This document shows, piece by piece, positions 17,367 to 25,786 of a stretch of DNA of 30,820 nt. The notes below the pieces were generated by a model that saw only the letters and a program-made list of their open reading frames with translations, made no database searches and was not told the origin of the DNA. The translations under genes were made by a program, and so were the position numbers. Origin of the DNA: Deltaproteobacteria bacterium (GTDB lineage Bacteria > Desulfobacterota > Dissulfuribacteria > Dissulfuribacterales > QOAL01); contig JAMOUE010000310.1 of the NCBI GenBank assembly GCA_027068235.1, positions 1 to 30,820 of the forward strand. The letters run 5' to 3'. The stretch's first letter is position 1. Every line of letters begins with the position of its first letter.

Positions 17367-18110
17367 TTAATCGTTCATGTAAAAGATACATGGTTTAGCA
17401 CCTGTTTCTGGTCTTAAGACCCAGACAGCCTTATCTGGCTGGTGTACCAATTTCCATACTTCACTGTTTTTGTCAGAAAAGTCACCGAATACCCTGACGT
17501 GTGCAGGACAGGCGGCTGAACAAGCTGTAAGCTTCTCACCTTTTGATAGCCTCGTATCCCAACAGAAGTTGCACTTGTCAATGGCCCTTTTCTCCTCATT
17601 AAAGTATCTGGCATTGTAGGGACAGGCTGCCATACAGGTCTTGCAACCTATACACTTATGATAGTGCATAACCACGATACCAGTCTTTGGATCTTTGGTG
17701 GTAGCCTTTGTAGGACATACCCTTACACAGGGAGGATTAAGACAGTGATTACAAAGCACTGGCATAAAAATAGAGAACTTTTTCCCTTCATCATCTTCGG
17801 CCATCTTTTCTAAGATAGTAGTTCTGTAACCATAATCTGGCACATGATTGGTCTTTTTGCATGCTTCCTTGCACTTTTCGCAATCTACACAATGATTCTG
17901 TCTGATGACCATAACGTAATGGGGCTTGTAGGGAGTCTTTTCATAGCCTTCAAGCTCTACCAAGGCATTCGCCTCATCCTCTGGCAGAGGAACAAGGGAG
18001 AGAATTGACCCTCCGGCTAAAACGCCTGTTATTTTGAGGCCCAACTTTAAAAATTCCCTTCTTTCCTCATCTGTTACAAAGTTTGGTTTATCGGACCTAT
18101 TCACCTTCAC
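17367..18110 (-). CDS. Tat-exported 4x[4Fe-4S] protein (NrfC/TtrB/DsrO/HybA family)
   Basis: RREFLK Tat motif; CVDCEKCKEAC, CNHCLNPPCVRVCP, CIGCKTCMAACP, KCNFC...CSAACP; GTG start, SD AAGGAGG. Confidence 0.93.
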   Translation of the reverse strand: MKVNRSDKPNFVTDEERREFLKLGLKITGVLAGGSILSLVPLPEDEANALVELEGYEKTPYKPHYVMVIRQNHCVDCEKCKEACKKTNHVPDYGYRTTILEKMAEDDEGKKFSIFMPVLCNHCLNPPCVRVCPTKATTKDPKTGIVVMHYHKCIGCKTCMAACPYNARYFNEEKRAIDKCNFCWDTRLSKGEKLTACSAACPAHVRVFGDFSDKNSEVWKLVHQPDKAVWVLRPETGAKPCIFYMND

Positions 18111-18469
18111 TTTTATCGTCCTCCTTAGGGAGTGTATTTTTTAACATGCTCGTGTGATTTTAAACGCAAATTCAAAAAAAACGCAACCCTGTTGTTTGAA
18201 ACCTTTAAAAAAAATCACCCTTTACAGGGCGATTGAAAAATAACTTGGGAATATTAACACAAACTGAATGACTATTCATCAAAAAAATTGGCTTTTATTT
18301 GCAATCAACCCAATCCGTTATATTTTTTCTCACACTAGTTAAAGTCACAACTTTTACATGAAATTCAAAAGAATATATTTGTTTGTTATAAATTTGTGCT
18401 AACTACTTGTTTATTTGCTAAATATCGTATAGCCTTGAAATAATGGTACCTTTGGTAGGGAGGGGACAA

Positions 18470-19222
18470 ATGAGACGCTTTGTTAGCAAGGTTGCCTATC
18501 TTTTCATATTTGCGGCCTTGGCTATTACATTACCAGGTTGTGGTGACAAGGAAAGAAAACTTCCTCGTTATTCCTTGAAACCCATCCCTTTATTTGACTT
18601 ATCGCGCTCCTATAGCAATCAAAAGTGGAGAAACAATCTTAAATATCTTTATCAGCCGCTTCCCAAACCACTAAAAGATGCAAAGATAGTGGTTAACAAA
18701 CGGCGTCACACCCTTTACCTATTTTCAGGCAACACTTTGATGCGTATTTACCCTATCAACTTGGGCCCAGATCCACTAAATGATAAAATAAAGGCTGGAG
18801 ACGGCCGAACACCAGAGGGCAAATATTTTATATGCAATAAAAATTCTAAAAGTAAGTATTATAAATCCCTTGGCATCAGTTATCCGTCCAAGGAAGATGC
18901 CCAAAGGGGCTTAAAGATGGGATTTATAACAAAGAAACAATATGATGCCATAGTATATGCAATAGACCATGGCAAAAGGCCTCCGTGGTTTACCAAGCTT
19001 GGTGGAGCAGTATGTATTCATGGAGGTGGGATAGGATGGGACTGGACAAGAGGATGTATAGCTCTTAGAAATCCAGATGTCCAAGAACTCTTTGAGGTCA
19101 CCAAGGTGGGAACGCCTGTAATTATAATAAATGGCTTACCACAAAAAATAAAAAGACAAAAACGTACTACTACACTTATTACTACAGCTAATAGTGAACG
19201 GAAACGTATGTCCCTGGATTAG
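18470..19222 (+). CDS. YkuD-family lipoprotein, YafK/DpaA/Csd6-like subgroup
   Basis: Lipobox LPGC; KIKAGDGRTPEGKY, SLGISYP, catalytic IHG...TRGCIAL. Start moved from 18443 to 18470 (SD GGGAGG). Confidence 0.85.
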   Translation: MRRFVSKVAYLFIFAALAITLPGCGDKERKLPRYSLKPIPLFDLSRSYSNQKWRNNLKYLYQPLPKPLKDAKIVVNKRRHTLYLFSGNTLMRIYPINLGPDPLNDKIKAGDGRTPEGKYFICNKNSKSKYYKSLGISYPSKEDAQRGLKMGFITKKQYDAIVYAIDHGKRPPWFTKLGGAVCIHGGGIGWDWTRGCIALRNPDVQELFEVTKVGTPVIIINGLPQKIKRQKRTTTLITTANSERKRMSLD

Positions 19223-20375
19223 AGCGAGAGGCCTTGGCAAAACGGCCTTTAGGTGCAAAGGGCCTAGTCCAATTAAATAACCAATAGGCATCTCGTGGAG
19301 CAAGATTTACGCAACCATGAGACTGTTTCATTCCGAAATTGTCGTGCCAGTAGGCTCCGTGCATGGCTATCCCAGAAAAGAAATACATATGATAGGGCAC
19401 GTCTTCCAGAAAGTAGTAGTCTATTCCCTTTCTTCCCCCGCTCATCTTGGCCATTTGGACCTTGCCCCAAATCCTGAAAAGCCCTGTAGGGGTCTCAAAC
19501 TCTGGTAGCCCTGAAGAAATCAAGGTAGCGTAAACCATCTTGTCTCCTTCAAAGGCCTCTAGCACTTGTTCATACAAATTGATATCTATCCACTTGACTC
19601 CAGGTGGGACCTTAGAAGGCCTCTGCGGATGGGTGATTAAGGCTACTCTTCGGCCATCCACCCACTTTTGTGATGCAAGCTTCAACCACTTTTGGCCATT
19701 TACCATTTTTATCTTTAAAACCTTGACCAATGTATGTTTTTCTAAAAGCTCACCATCAAGATATTCCTGTTTTCCAGGCGTGGCGGAGGTATAGGTATCC
19801 AGCACCAACCATCCATAAATTCCATTGAGAGGGTGCTGCCTAAGATCAACGCCCTTAAATTTCGACACATCAAAAAAAGAAAGATATTTATCCTGTATAA
19901 ACTCGTTCTTGTTTATGTAGTACCATGTATTATTACCCGATTTGATAGCCAGGGGACTTTCCAGAGAAACCCATATAAAACCACCATCAAGATAGCGAAC
20001 AGGCCTTTTATCTACGAGACTATTCCAAGCCCCTTTATATACAGGAGCTGGCTGTGTAGTCACCTGAGCATAGTTATATGGTAATATTTCCCTATGTTCC
20101 GTCCATTTAAAAGATTTATCGGGCAGTATCTTAACTATCTTATCTGAATTGTTGACTTCAGCCTTATTATTAACAGCAGTAGTAGTTGTTGTTGGTGGTG
20201 GTGGTGTGTTATTGGTGGTAGTTGTGGAATTGTTGACCACATTGGGTAAAGAAGCCACTACGTCCTTTCCTGACGGCTTCGAGGATAAGACCGGCTGACA
20301 GTAGCTAACAGATGGAACAATAATAAAAAGGAATACAATAAAGCAATCTACAACTAGTTGAAACGCAGCTTTCAT
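19188..20375 (-). CDS. L,D-transpeptidase (YkuD) with signal peptide and Thr/Asn/Pro linker
   Basis: WIDINLYEQ, TPTGLFRI, HGAYWHDNFG...SHGCVNL. Start moved from 20405 to MKAAF at 20375, with its SD in the rtcB 3' end. Confidence 0.9.
   Translation of the reverse strand: MKAAFQLVVDCFIVFLFIIVPSVSYCQPVLSSKPSGKDVVASLPNVVNNSTTTTNNTPPPPTTTTTAVNNKAEVNNSDKIVKILPDKSFKWTEHREILPYNYAQVTTQPAPVYKGAWNSLVDKRPVRYLDGGFIWVSLESPLAIKSGNNTWYYINKNEFIQDKYLSFFDVSKFKGVDLRQHPLNGIYGWLVLDTYTSATPGKQEYLDGELLEKHTLVKVLKIKMVNGQKWLKLASQKWVDGRRVALITHPQRPSKVPPGVKWIDINLYEQVLEAFEGDKMVYATLISSGLPEFETPTGLFRIWGKVQMAKMSGGRKGIDYYFLEDVPYHMYFFSGIAMHGAYWHDNFGMKQSHGCVNLAPRDAYWLFNWTRPFAPKGRFAKASRSNPGTYVSVHY
20178..20235. repeat. Trinucleotide-rich low-complexity tract encoding NNSTTTTNNTPPPPTTTTT
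   Basis: GTA/GTT/GGT runs read directly on the + strand. Confidence 0.8.
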
Positions 20376-20385
20376 CTTCTGTTCT

Positions 20386-21816
20386 CTACCCCTTAATGAC
20401 AGCAAGTGGTTTTAACCGTGCCACCTTTTTTGCCAATCCAGACTTATGGGTGGCATCTACCACTCTTTCAACATCTTTGTAGGCCTCTGGAGCCTCCTCT
20501 GCAGCACCGCGCAGACTTGCAGCCTTTAGTATGATTCCCTTGGCCCTCAGACCGTTTATAACCCCTTTGCCCTTCCATCTTTTAAGGGCAGCCCTTCTTG
20601 ACATAGACCTTCCAGCACCATGACATGCGCTGCTCCAAGCAAGCTCCTCTCCACTTGTAGTACCTGTAAGGATATAGGAACTAGTCCCCATTGTCCCTCC
20701 AATAAACAAGGGCTGTCCCACATCCTTGTATATCTTTGGTAGATCCTTGTGACCAGGACCAAATGCCCTGGTAGCCCCCTTTCTATGCACAAGGAGTTTG
20801 CGCATTTTATCATTAACCCTATGCTTTTCAACCTTGCACGTATTGTGACTCACATCATAAATAAGCTGGCACGATGCCTCAGGTATAATCCTTTGAACCA
20901 CTTGTCTCGTAAGGTGGCCTAGCACTTGCCTATTGGCTAAAGCACAGTTTATGCCGCATCCAACAGCCTTGAAGTAATCACTTCCCTCCTGGGATTTTAT
21001 AGGAGCGCAAACAAGCTCCCTTTCCCTAATTGGGATATCATACTTTTTGGATGCTGCTCCAAGGATCTGTAGATAGTCAGTGCCTATCTGGTGGCCTAAC
21101 GCCCTTGAACCGCAATGTATGGATATAACTACATCATCCTCTTCAAGTCCGTAGGCGCTAGCAGCATCCTTATCAAAGACTTCCTCTACATATTGAATCT
21201 CAAGATAATGGTTGCCTGAACCAAGAGTGCCTATCTGTCTTTTCTGTCTTTCTTTAGCAGTGGATGACACCTTTGACGGATCGGCATCTCGAACCCTTCC
21301 ACCTTCTTCGATAAACTCTAGCTCCTCCCTGAATCCGTAACCCTTATCAACGGCCCAGTGAGCGCCATGTATTAGTACGTCATCAAGCTTGTTAGCTGTT
21401 AGCTTTATCTTCCCAGTTGAACCAACCCCTGCAGGAATATAACGAAAGAGCTCTTCTATAAGTTCACTAAGTTTTGGTAAAAGCCTCTCTCTTTTTATAT
21501 CAAGCCTATGACATCGCACCCCACATGAGATATCATACCCCACTCCACCTACAGATATGACACCTCCTTGGTCTGGATCAAAGGCAGCAACGCCCCCAAT
21601 GGGGAAACCGTAACCCCAGTGTGCATCAGGCATAGCCATGGCACCTTTAACAATGCCTGGCAAACAAGAGACATTGGTGAGCTGAGTATAAACCTTTTCG
21701 TCCATGTCAGACAAAAGTCTGCTGTCTGCAAAAATAAAGGCGGGCACTCTCATCTGGCCACTTTTGGGAATCTGCCAAATGCAGTCTGATATCTTCTGCA
21801 ATCTGCCTTTGTCCAT
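20386..21816 (-). CDS. rtcB: RNA ligase RtcB
   Basis: MPDAHWGYGFPIGGV, GYDISCG, GTLGSGNHYLE, IHCGSRALGH, HRKGAT, SACHGAGR, EEAPEAYKD, C-terminal IKG. Confidence 0.98.
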   Translation of the reverse strand: MDKGRLQKISDCIWQIPKSGQMRVPAFIFADSRLLSDMDEKVYTQLTNVSCLPGIVKGAMAMPDAHWGYGFPIGGVAAFDPDQGGVISVGGVGYDISCGVRCHRLDIKRERLLPKLSELIEELFRYIPAGVGSTGKIKLTANKLDDVLIHGAHWAVDKGYGFREELEFIEEGGRVRDADPSKVSSTAKERQKRQIGTLGSGNHYLEIQYVEEVFDKDAASAYGLEEDDVVISIHCGSRALGHQIGTDYLQILGAASKKYDIPIRERELVCAPIKSQEGSDYFKAVGCGINCALANRQVLGHLTRQVVQRIIPEASCQLIYDVSHNTCKVEKHRVNDKMRKLLVHRKGATRAFGPGHKDLPKIYKDVGQPLFIGGTMGTSSYILTGTTSGEELAWSSACHGAGRSMSRRAALKRWKGKGVINGLRAKGIILKAASLRGAAEEAPEAYKDVERVVDATHKSGLAKKVARLKPLAVIKG

Positions 21817-21880
21817 GGCGCTCTCCTTTTAACCCAAACTATACATTGAAAAAGCTCCTGAGAATCTGAACAAGCCTGGC

Positions 21881-22309
21881 TTACACATCAACCACACACT
21901 GGGCAATCCATAACCCTTCCCTCTTCTCAACCAGGGCCTCGGTAAATGTAGCTCCTTTTACCTCTATGCCTCTACCATGCTTCTCCACAGACCACTTCTC
22001 ACCAATAGCCTTGCCAGAAAGGGAGTTGGCATTAATCACCACACGAAATCGTCCAAAAACCATATGTTTCATATCGGAAATCGAGATGAGCTTGTTTATC
22101 CAGGCCACAAAAAGTGCTGTAAGATCAAAAGATGAGCACTCTATATCTATTTCATTACGGCATTCTATTGATGCTGGATTATCTACGAGCAATGAAAATA
22201 GGGCGTGGGCACCATTTTCAAAGGCCTCTTCTACGGTGTATCCAATACCTCTTATCCCAATATCCGCAACATGATCAAAGGTCTGCCATCCCGGGCTCAA
22301 CTTTTCCAT
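21881..22309 (-). CDS. Archease
   Basis: FDHVADIGI, EEAFENGA, IEVKGAT, C-terminal VVDV; directly upstream of rtcB. Start placed at MEKL (22309), overlapping the upstream stop. Confidence 0.95.
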   Translation of the reverse strand: MEKLSPGWQTFDHVADIGIRGIGYTVEEAFENGAHALFSLLVDNPASIECRNEIDIECSSFDLTALFVAWINKLISISDMKHMVFGRFRVVINANSLSGKAIGEKWSVEKHGRGIEVKGATFTEALVEKREGLWIAQCVVDV

Positions 22310-22551
22310 TGTTTTTTGCCCCACTCAATCCAACCCCATGTAGAAAGACCAGTAAAGACGACAAAAAGAGCGGCCTGGGCATAAATCTCATGGTAAATGT
22401 TTACTGCAATCCAGCCTATATTTGCCAGGGTATATATGGCAAAGCTTGCCCTCTTTTTTTTGATATTCAAAACAGCAGCATAGATACTTATAGCAGTAAG
22501 GGTCCATGGCAGATAGGTTGTCATGATATGATGTATGACCTGACCTTTCAC
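22297..22551 (-). CDS. Small 3-TM membrane protein resembling half of a PnuC transporter
   Basis: Three hydrophobic segments; ANIGW...IYAQAALF...WGWIEW matches the PnuC repeat pattern; overlaps both neighbours. Alternative start at ATG 22524. Confidence 0.7.
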   Translation of the reverse strand: MKGQVIHHIMTTYLPWTLTAISIYAAVLNIKKKRASFAIYTLANIGWIAVNIYHEIYAQAALFVVFTGLSTWGWIEWGKKQWKS

Positions 22552-23108
22552 TTTAGATAGTTTAACATGGCCTTGAACTGCGGTGTTCCAGCCCTTTTAA
22601 GAAGTTGATAAACGATGGTCTCAGTCGGGGCACAGAATATAGAGTTCGCCATCATGAGCGCTACAGCCTGTTTCTTATTCTTCTTATAACGTGAAGATAT
22701 GGCATCTGTTGCCACCCATGTATAAAAATCCCTTTCAACTGCAGCAATTGCCGTTTGAAATACACAGATATGGGCTTCAACACCACATAGAACAAGTGTA
22801 TCAATGGCTGATGGCAAACCCCTCAATATATTTTTGAACTCGTTATTGTAAAAACAGTTGAACTCAACCTTGTCCACCTTGAAAAGATTTTCATCAGGCA
22901 GAACCACATCTGAGACTATGGGGCCTAATCCCTTTTCATATTGGGTTGTAGCAATTATGGGCATACCAAAAGTTTCAAAAGTCTTTATAAGCAGATTGGT
23001 ATTTTTTACAACACGTTCTGGCTTTTCAACTGCCTTCATGAGTCGTTCCTGAGGATCTATGACCACCAAACAGGTACGTTTAGGATTGATGATCTGTATC
23101 TTTTTCAT
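22548..23108 (-). CDS. Isochorismatase-family cysteine hydrolase (YcaC/ISOC-like)
   Basis: LVVIDPQERL, TTQYEKGLGPIV, DKVEFNCF, CGVEAHICVFQT (Asp-Lys-Cys triad). Start moved from 23165 to 23108 (SD GAGGAGG). Confidence 0.92.
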   Translation of the reverse strand: MKKIQIINPKRTCLVVIDPQERLMKAVEKPERVVKNTNLLIKTFETFGMPIIATTQYEKGLGPIVSDVVLPDENLFKVDKVEFNCFYNNEFKNILRGLPSAIDTLVLCGVEAHICVFQTAIAAVERDFYTWVATDAISSRYKKNKKQAVALMMANSIFCAPTETIVYQLLKRAGTPQFKAMLNYLK

Positions 23109-23153
23109 TGCTGAAAAGGCCTCCTCTTTTTTGAATATTGTACTAAGTAACAC

Positions 23154-23187
23154 AAAAAAAGGCATCCTTCCCTTTCGAAAGGATGCC
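23154..23187 (-). terminator. Intrinsic terminator after actP
   Basis: 9-bp stem GGCATCCTT/AAGGATGCC followed by 7 T on the minus strand. Confidence 0.85.
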
Positions 23188-23214
23188 CCTCTTTAAACTA
23201 TTGCTTTTAGATGA

Positions 23215-24990
23215 TTAGTGATCTACAGCAGCACCAGCTCCCCTTGGAGTACGGATAGAGGAAACGAGCTCCTGTATCTCCTTTGGAGGTTCCTTGGTCA
23301 TGGAAGATACAACCCAGGTTACCACAAAGTTTATAATCATACCTATAGTTCCAATGCCCTCTGGACTGATACCAAAGAGCCACTGATCCTTGGTGCCGCC
23401 CATAAACTTAAAATAGACGATGTAGGCAGCAGTAAAGAGAATACCTGCCAGCATGCCACAAATGGCCCCCTCCCTATTTGTCCTAGCAGAAAAGATTCCA
23501 AGGACGATTATTGGGAAGAAGGAGGAGGCTGCCAGACCAAAGGCAAAGGCAACAACCTGTGCCACAAAGCCTGGAGGATTAATACCAAAATACCCTGCTA
23601 TACATACTGCGATTCCAATCATTATACGTCCAACCAAGAGACGCTGCTTCTCTGTGGCCTTCCTGTTGATCATCCTGTAGTAGAGGTCATGCGATATGGA
23701 GGAGGCGATAACCAACAACAGACCAGAAGCAGTTGAAAGGGCTGCTGCAAGACCTCCTGCTGCAACAAGCGCAATGACCCAGTTGGGCAGATTTGCAATT
23801 TCTGGGTTGGCGAGAACCATAATATCCCTGTCAACATAAAGCTCATTTGGAGAGCTAGTAAGCTTGTTGGCCACTATTTTCTGTCCCAATGGACCAGTCT
23901 TTCCAGGAACAAACTTTGGTTTTCCAACAAATGGTTTTCCTGCCCTGTACTGGATTATGCCGTCATTGTTTTTGTCAACCCATGCAATGAGTCCGGTCTT
24001 TTCCCAGTTTTTGAACCATGATGGTGCCTCAGCATAGGGCTTGTCGTTGATGGTATCAATCATGTTGTAGCGAGCAAAGGCTGCCACTGCTGGGGCCGTG
24101 GTGTAAAGAATTGCAATAAACAAAAGTGCATAACCAGCGCTTAGACGAGCAGCGCGCACACTTGGAACGGTATAGAACCTAATAATAACATGAGGGAGTC
24201 CTGCTGTACCAACCATGAGGGCAAAGGTGATACAAAAGACATCCAACATGGATTTTGCCCCTGGTTGGGTATATGCCGTAAAACCGAGATCCGTATTTAG
24301 CTTATCCAATACGTCTAATAAATACTGGCCCGTATACTGGCCTGTCTGAACAGTTCCACCAAGTCCAATCTGAGGGATTGGAGTACCTGCAATCTTCATA
24401 GAGATAAATACAGCAGGAATAAGGTAAGCAGTGATAAGAACCGTGTACTGGGCAACCTGGGTCCAGGTAATTCCCTTCATTCCCCCAAGACCTGCATAGA
24501 AAAACACAATGGCCATTCCAATAAGGACACCAGTGTTAACAGGAACCTCAAGAAAACGGCTAAAGACGATACCAACGCCCCTCATCTGGCCACAAACGTA
24601 TGTAAGAGAAACGAATATGGCGCACATTAAGGCAACAAACCTGGCAGTGTCAGAGTAATACCTGTCACCAACAAAGTCTGGTACTGTATACTTTCCAAAC
24701 TTCCTCAAGTATGGGGCAAGAAGCAGTGCCAACAGCACGTAACCGCCTGTCCATCCCATAAGATAAATAGAACCTGCATATCCCAAAAAGGATATAAGTC
24801 CTGCCATTGAGATGAACGAAGCAGCACTCATCCAGTCAGCAGCAGTTGCCATACCGTTGGCCAATGGAGGAACTCCTCCACCTGCCACATAAAAACCTTT
24901 TGTGTCACGCACCCTGGAAATCCAGGCAATAAAGATGTAGAGACTGAATGTCAGCCCTACCATTATGTAAGTCCACGCTAAGATAGACAT
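23215..24990 (-). CDS. actP: Sodium:solute symporter, cation/acetate symporter ActP type
   Basis: NGMATAADWMSAASF, APYLRKFGKYTVPDF, GTAGLPHVIIRFYT, LAAALSTASGLL; preceded by a DUF4212 partner. Substrate is inferred. Confidence 0.92.
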   Translation of the reverse strand: MSILAWTYIMVGLTFSLYIFIAWISRVRDTKGFYVAGGGVPPLANGMATAADWMSAASFISMAGLISFLGYAGSIYLMGWTGGYVLLALLLAPYLRKFGKYTVPDFVGDRYYSDTARFVALMCAIFVSLTYVCGQMRGVGIVFSRFLEVPVNTGVLIGMAIVFFYAGLGGMKGITWTQVAQYTVLITAYLIPAVFISMKIAGTPIPQIGLGGTVQTGQYTGQYLLDVLDKLNTDLGFTAYTQPGAKSMLDVFCITFALMVGTAGLPHVIIRFYTVPSVRAARLSAGYALLFIAILYTTAPAVAAFARYNMIDTINDKPYAEAPSWFKNWEKTGLIAWVDKNNDGIIQYRAGKPFVGKPKFVPGKTGPLGQKIVANKLTSSPNELYVDRDIMVLANPEIANLPNWVIALVAAGGLAAALSTASGLLLVIASSISHDLYYRMINRKATEKQRLLVGRIMIGIAVCIAGYFGINPPGFVAQVVAFAFGLAASSFFPIIVLGIFSARTNREGAICGMLAGILFTAAYIVYFKFMGGTKDQWLFGISPEGIGTIGMIINFVVTWVVSSMTKEPPKEIQELVSSIRTPRGAGAAVDH

Positions 24991-25072
24991 AGCCTTTCTC
25001 CTCTCCTAAATAAGTGTTTTTTTGTTCTTTCCCTTAGACTCCTGTTTTGAACATAGCAAAAGTGAAGGCAAT

Positions 25073-25324
25073 CTATTCATGCACATCATATTCTCTGTCT
25101 AATTTCTGCATGTAGGCATAGTAGACAAAGATCAGGCAAACAAAGACATAGATAGCCCCTTGCTGGGCAAACCAGAAGCCAAGAGGAAACCCTCCAATCT
25201 TGATGGCATTGAGAGGCTCCACAAAGATGATGCCACACCCATAGGAAACAACGGCCCAGATGACCAGAAGAAATGACATGAATGTCACATTCTTCTTCCA
25301 ATATTCCTGTAGGTTTTTACTCAT
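25073..25324 (-). CDS. DUF4212/DUF485 small membrane partner of ActP-type symporters
   Basis: YWKKN, GFPLGFWFAQQGAI, two TM segments, SD AGGAGG. Confidence 0.92.
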   Translation of the reverse strand: MSKNLQEYWKKNVTFMSFLLVIWAVVSYGCGIIFVEPLNAIKIGGFPLGFWFAQQGAIYVFVCLIFVYYAYMQKLDREYDVHE

Positions 25325-25357
25325 AATCTCCTCCTTTTCTTATAAAAATTGGGGTAA

Positions 25358-25392
25358 AAAATAACAGTGGAATCGTGAATGTCAATATGACA
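25358..25392 (-). promoter_or_regulatory. Sigma-70-type promoter candidate with an overlapping palindrome
   Basis: Minus strand TTGACA (25385-25380), 16 bp, then TG-n-TATTTT (25363-25358); palindrome TGTCA-ATA-TGACA at 25380-25392. Confidence 0.5.
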
Positions 25393-25554
25393 ATTATTGA
25401 CACCCAAGATTCTTATATTTTAACACATTAAAATAAAAAAGAAAAATAATGAGGGATCATTCATTCACAATTAATAGTTGTTAAGAAACCACATAGGCTA
25501 CCTGGAAAATTGGCGTTACCCATATTGAAAATTCCTTGGCAGGGACAATCTTAA

Positions 25555-25570
25555 TGGTTGCAAAATTGCA
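25555..25570 (+). promoter_or_regulatory. Weak sigma-54 promoter candidate upstream of prs
   Basis: TGGTTGCAAAATTGCA has GG-N10-GC spacing and a TTGCA core, but the -24 element is non-consensus and it lies about 215 bp before the start. Confidence 0.3.
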
Positions 25571-25786
25571 AGGTTTCACTTGACAAAAAAGAGGTGATAT
25601 CTCTTTATAGCTACCAGTGAGAGGTACAGGAGGAAGGAAGTTCTTTATAGATTCTATTTGAGAGCTTTAAAGCAAAGACAAAGCAATTTGTAAAGAGCTT
25701 CAATCAAAATTCAACTAAAATTTATAAGATACAGCAAAATCTAATGTAAGGGTATTTTTTAGAAGTAGCCTAAAAATAAATCACTT

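Noticed and set aside
18288-18303. TTGGC...TTGCA sigma-54-like site
   Set aside because: GG-to-GC spacing is 9, not the obligatory 10.
20386-21816. Possible intein in RtcB
   Set aside because: 476 aa is normal length and the motifs are contiguous.
25617-25661. 14-codon ORF and an SRP-like CAGGAGGAAGGAAG in the prs leader
   Set aside because: No properly spaced SD for the ORF; the SRP helix pairing and GCAGC are missing.
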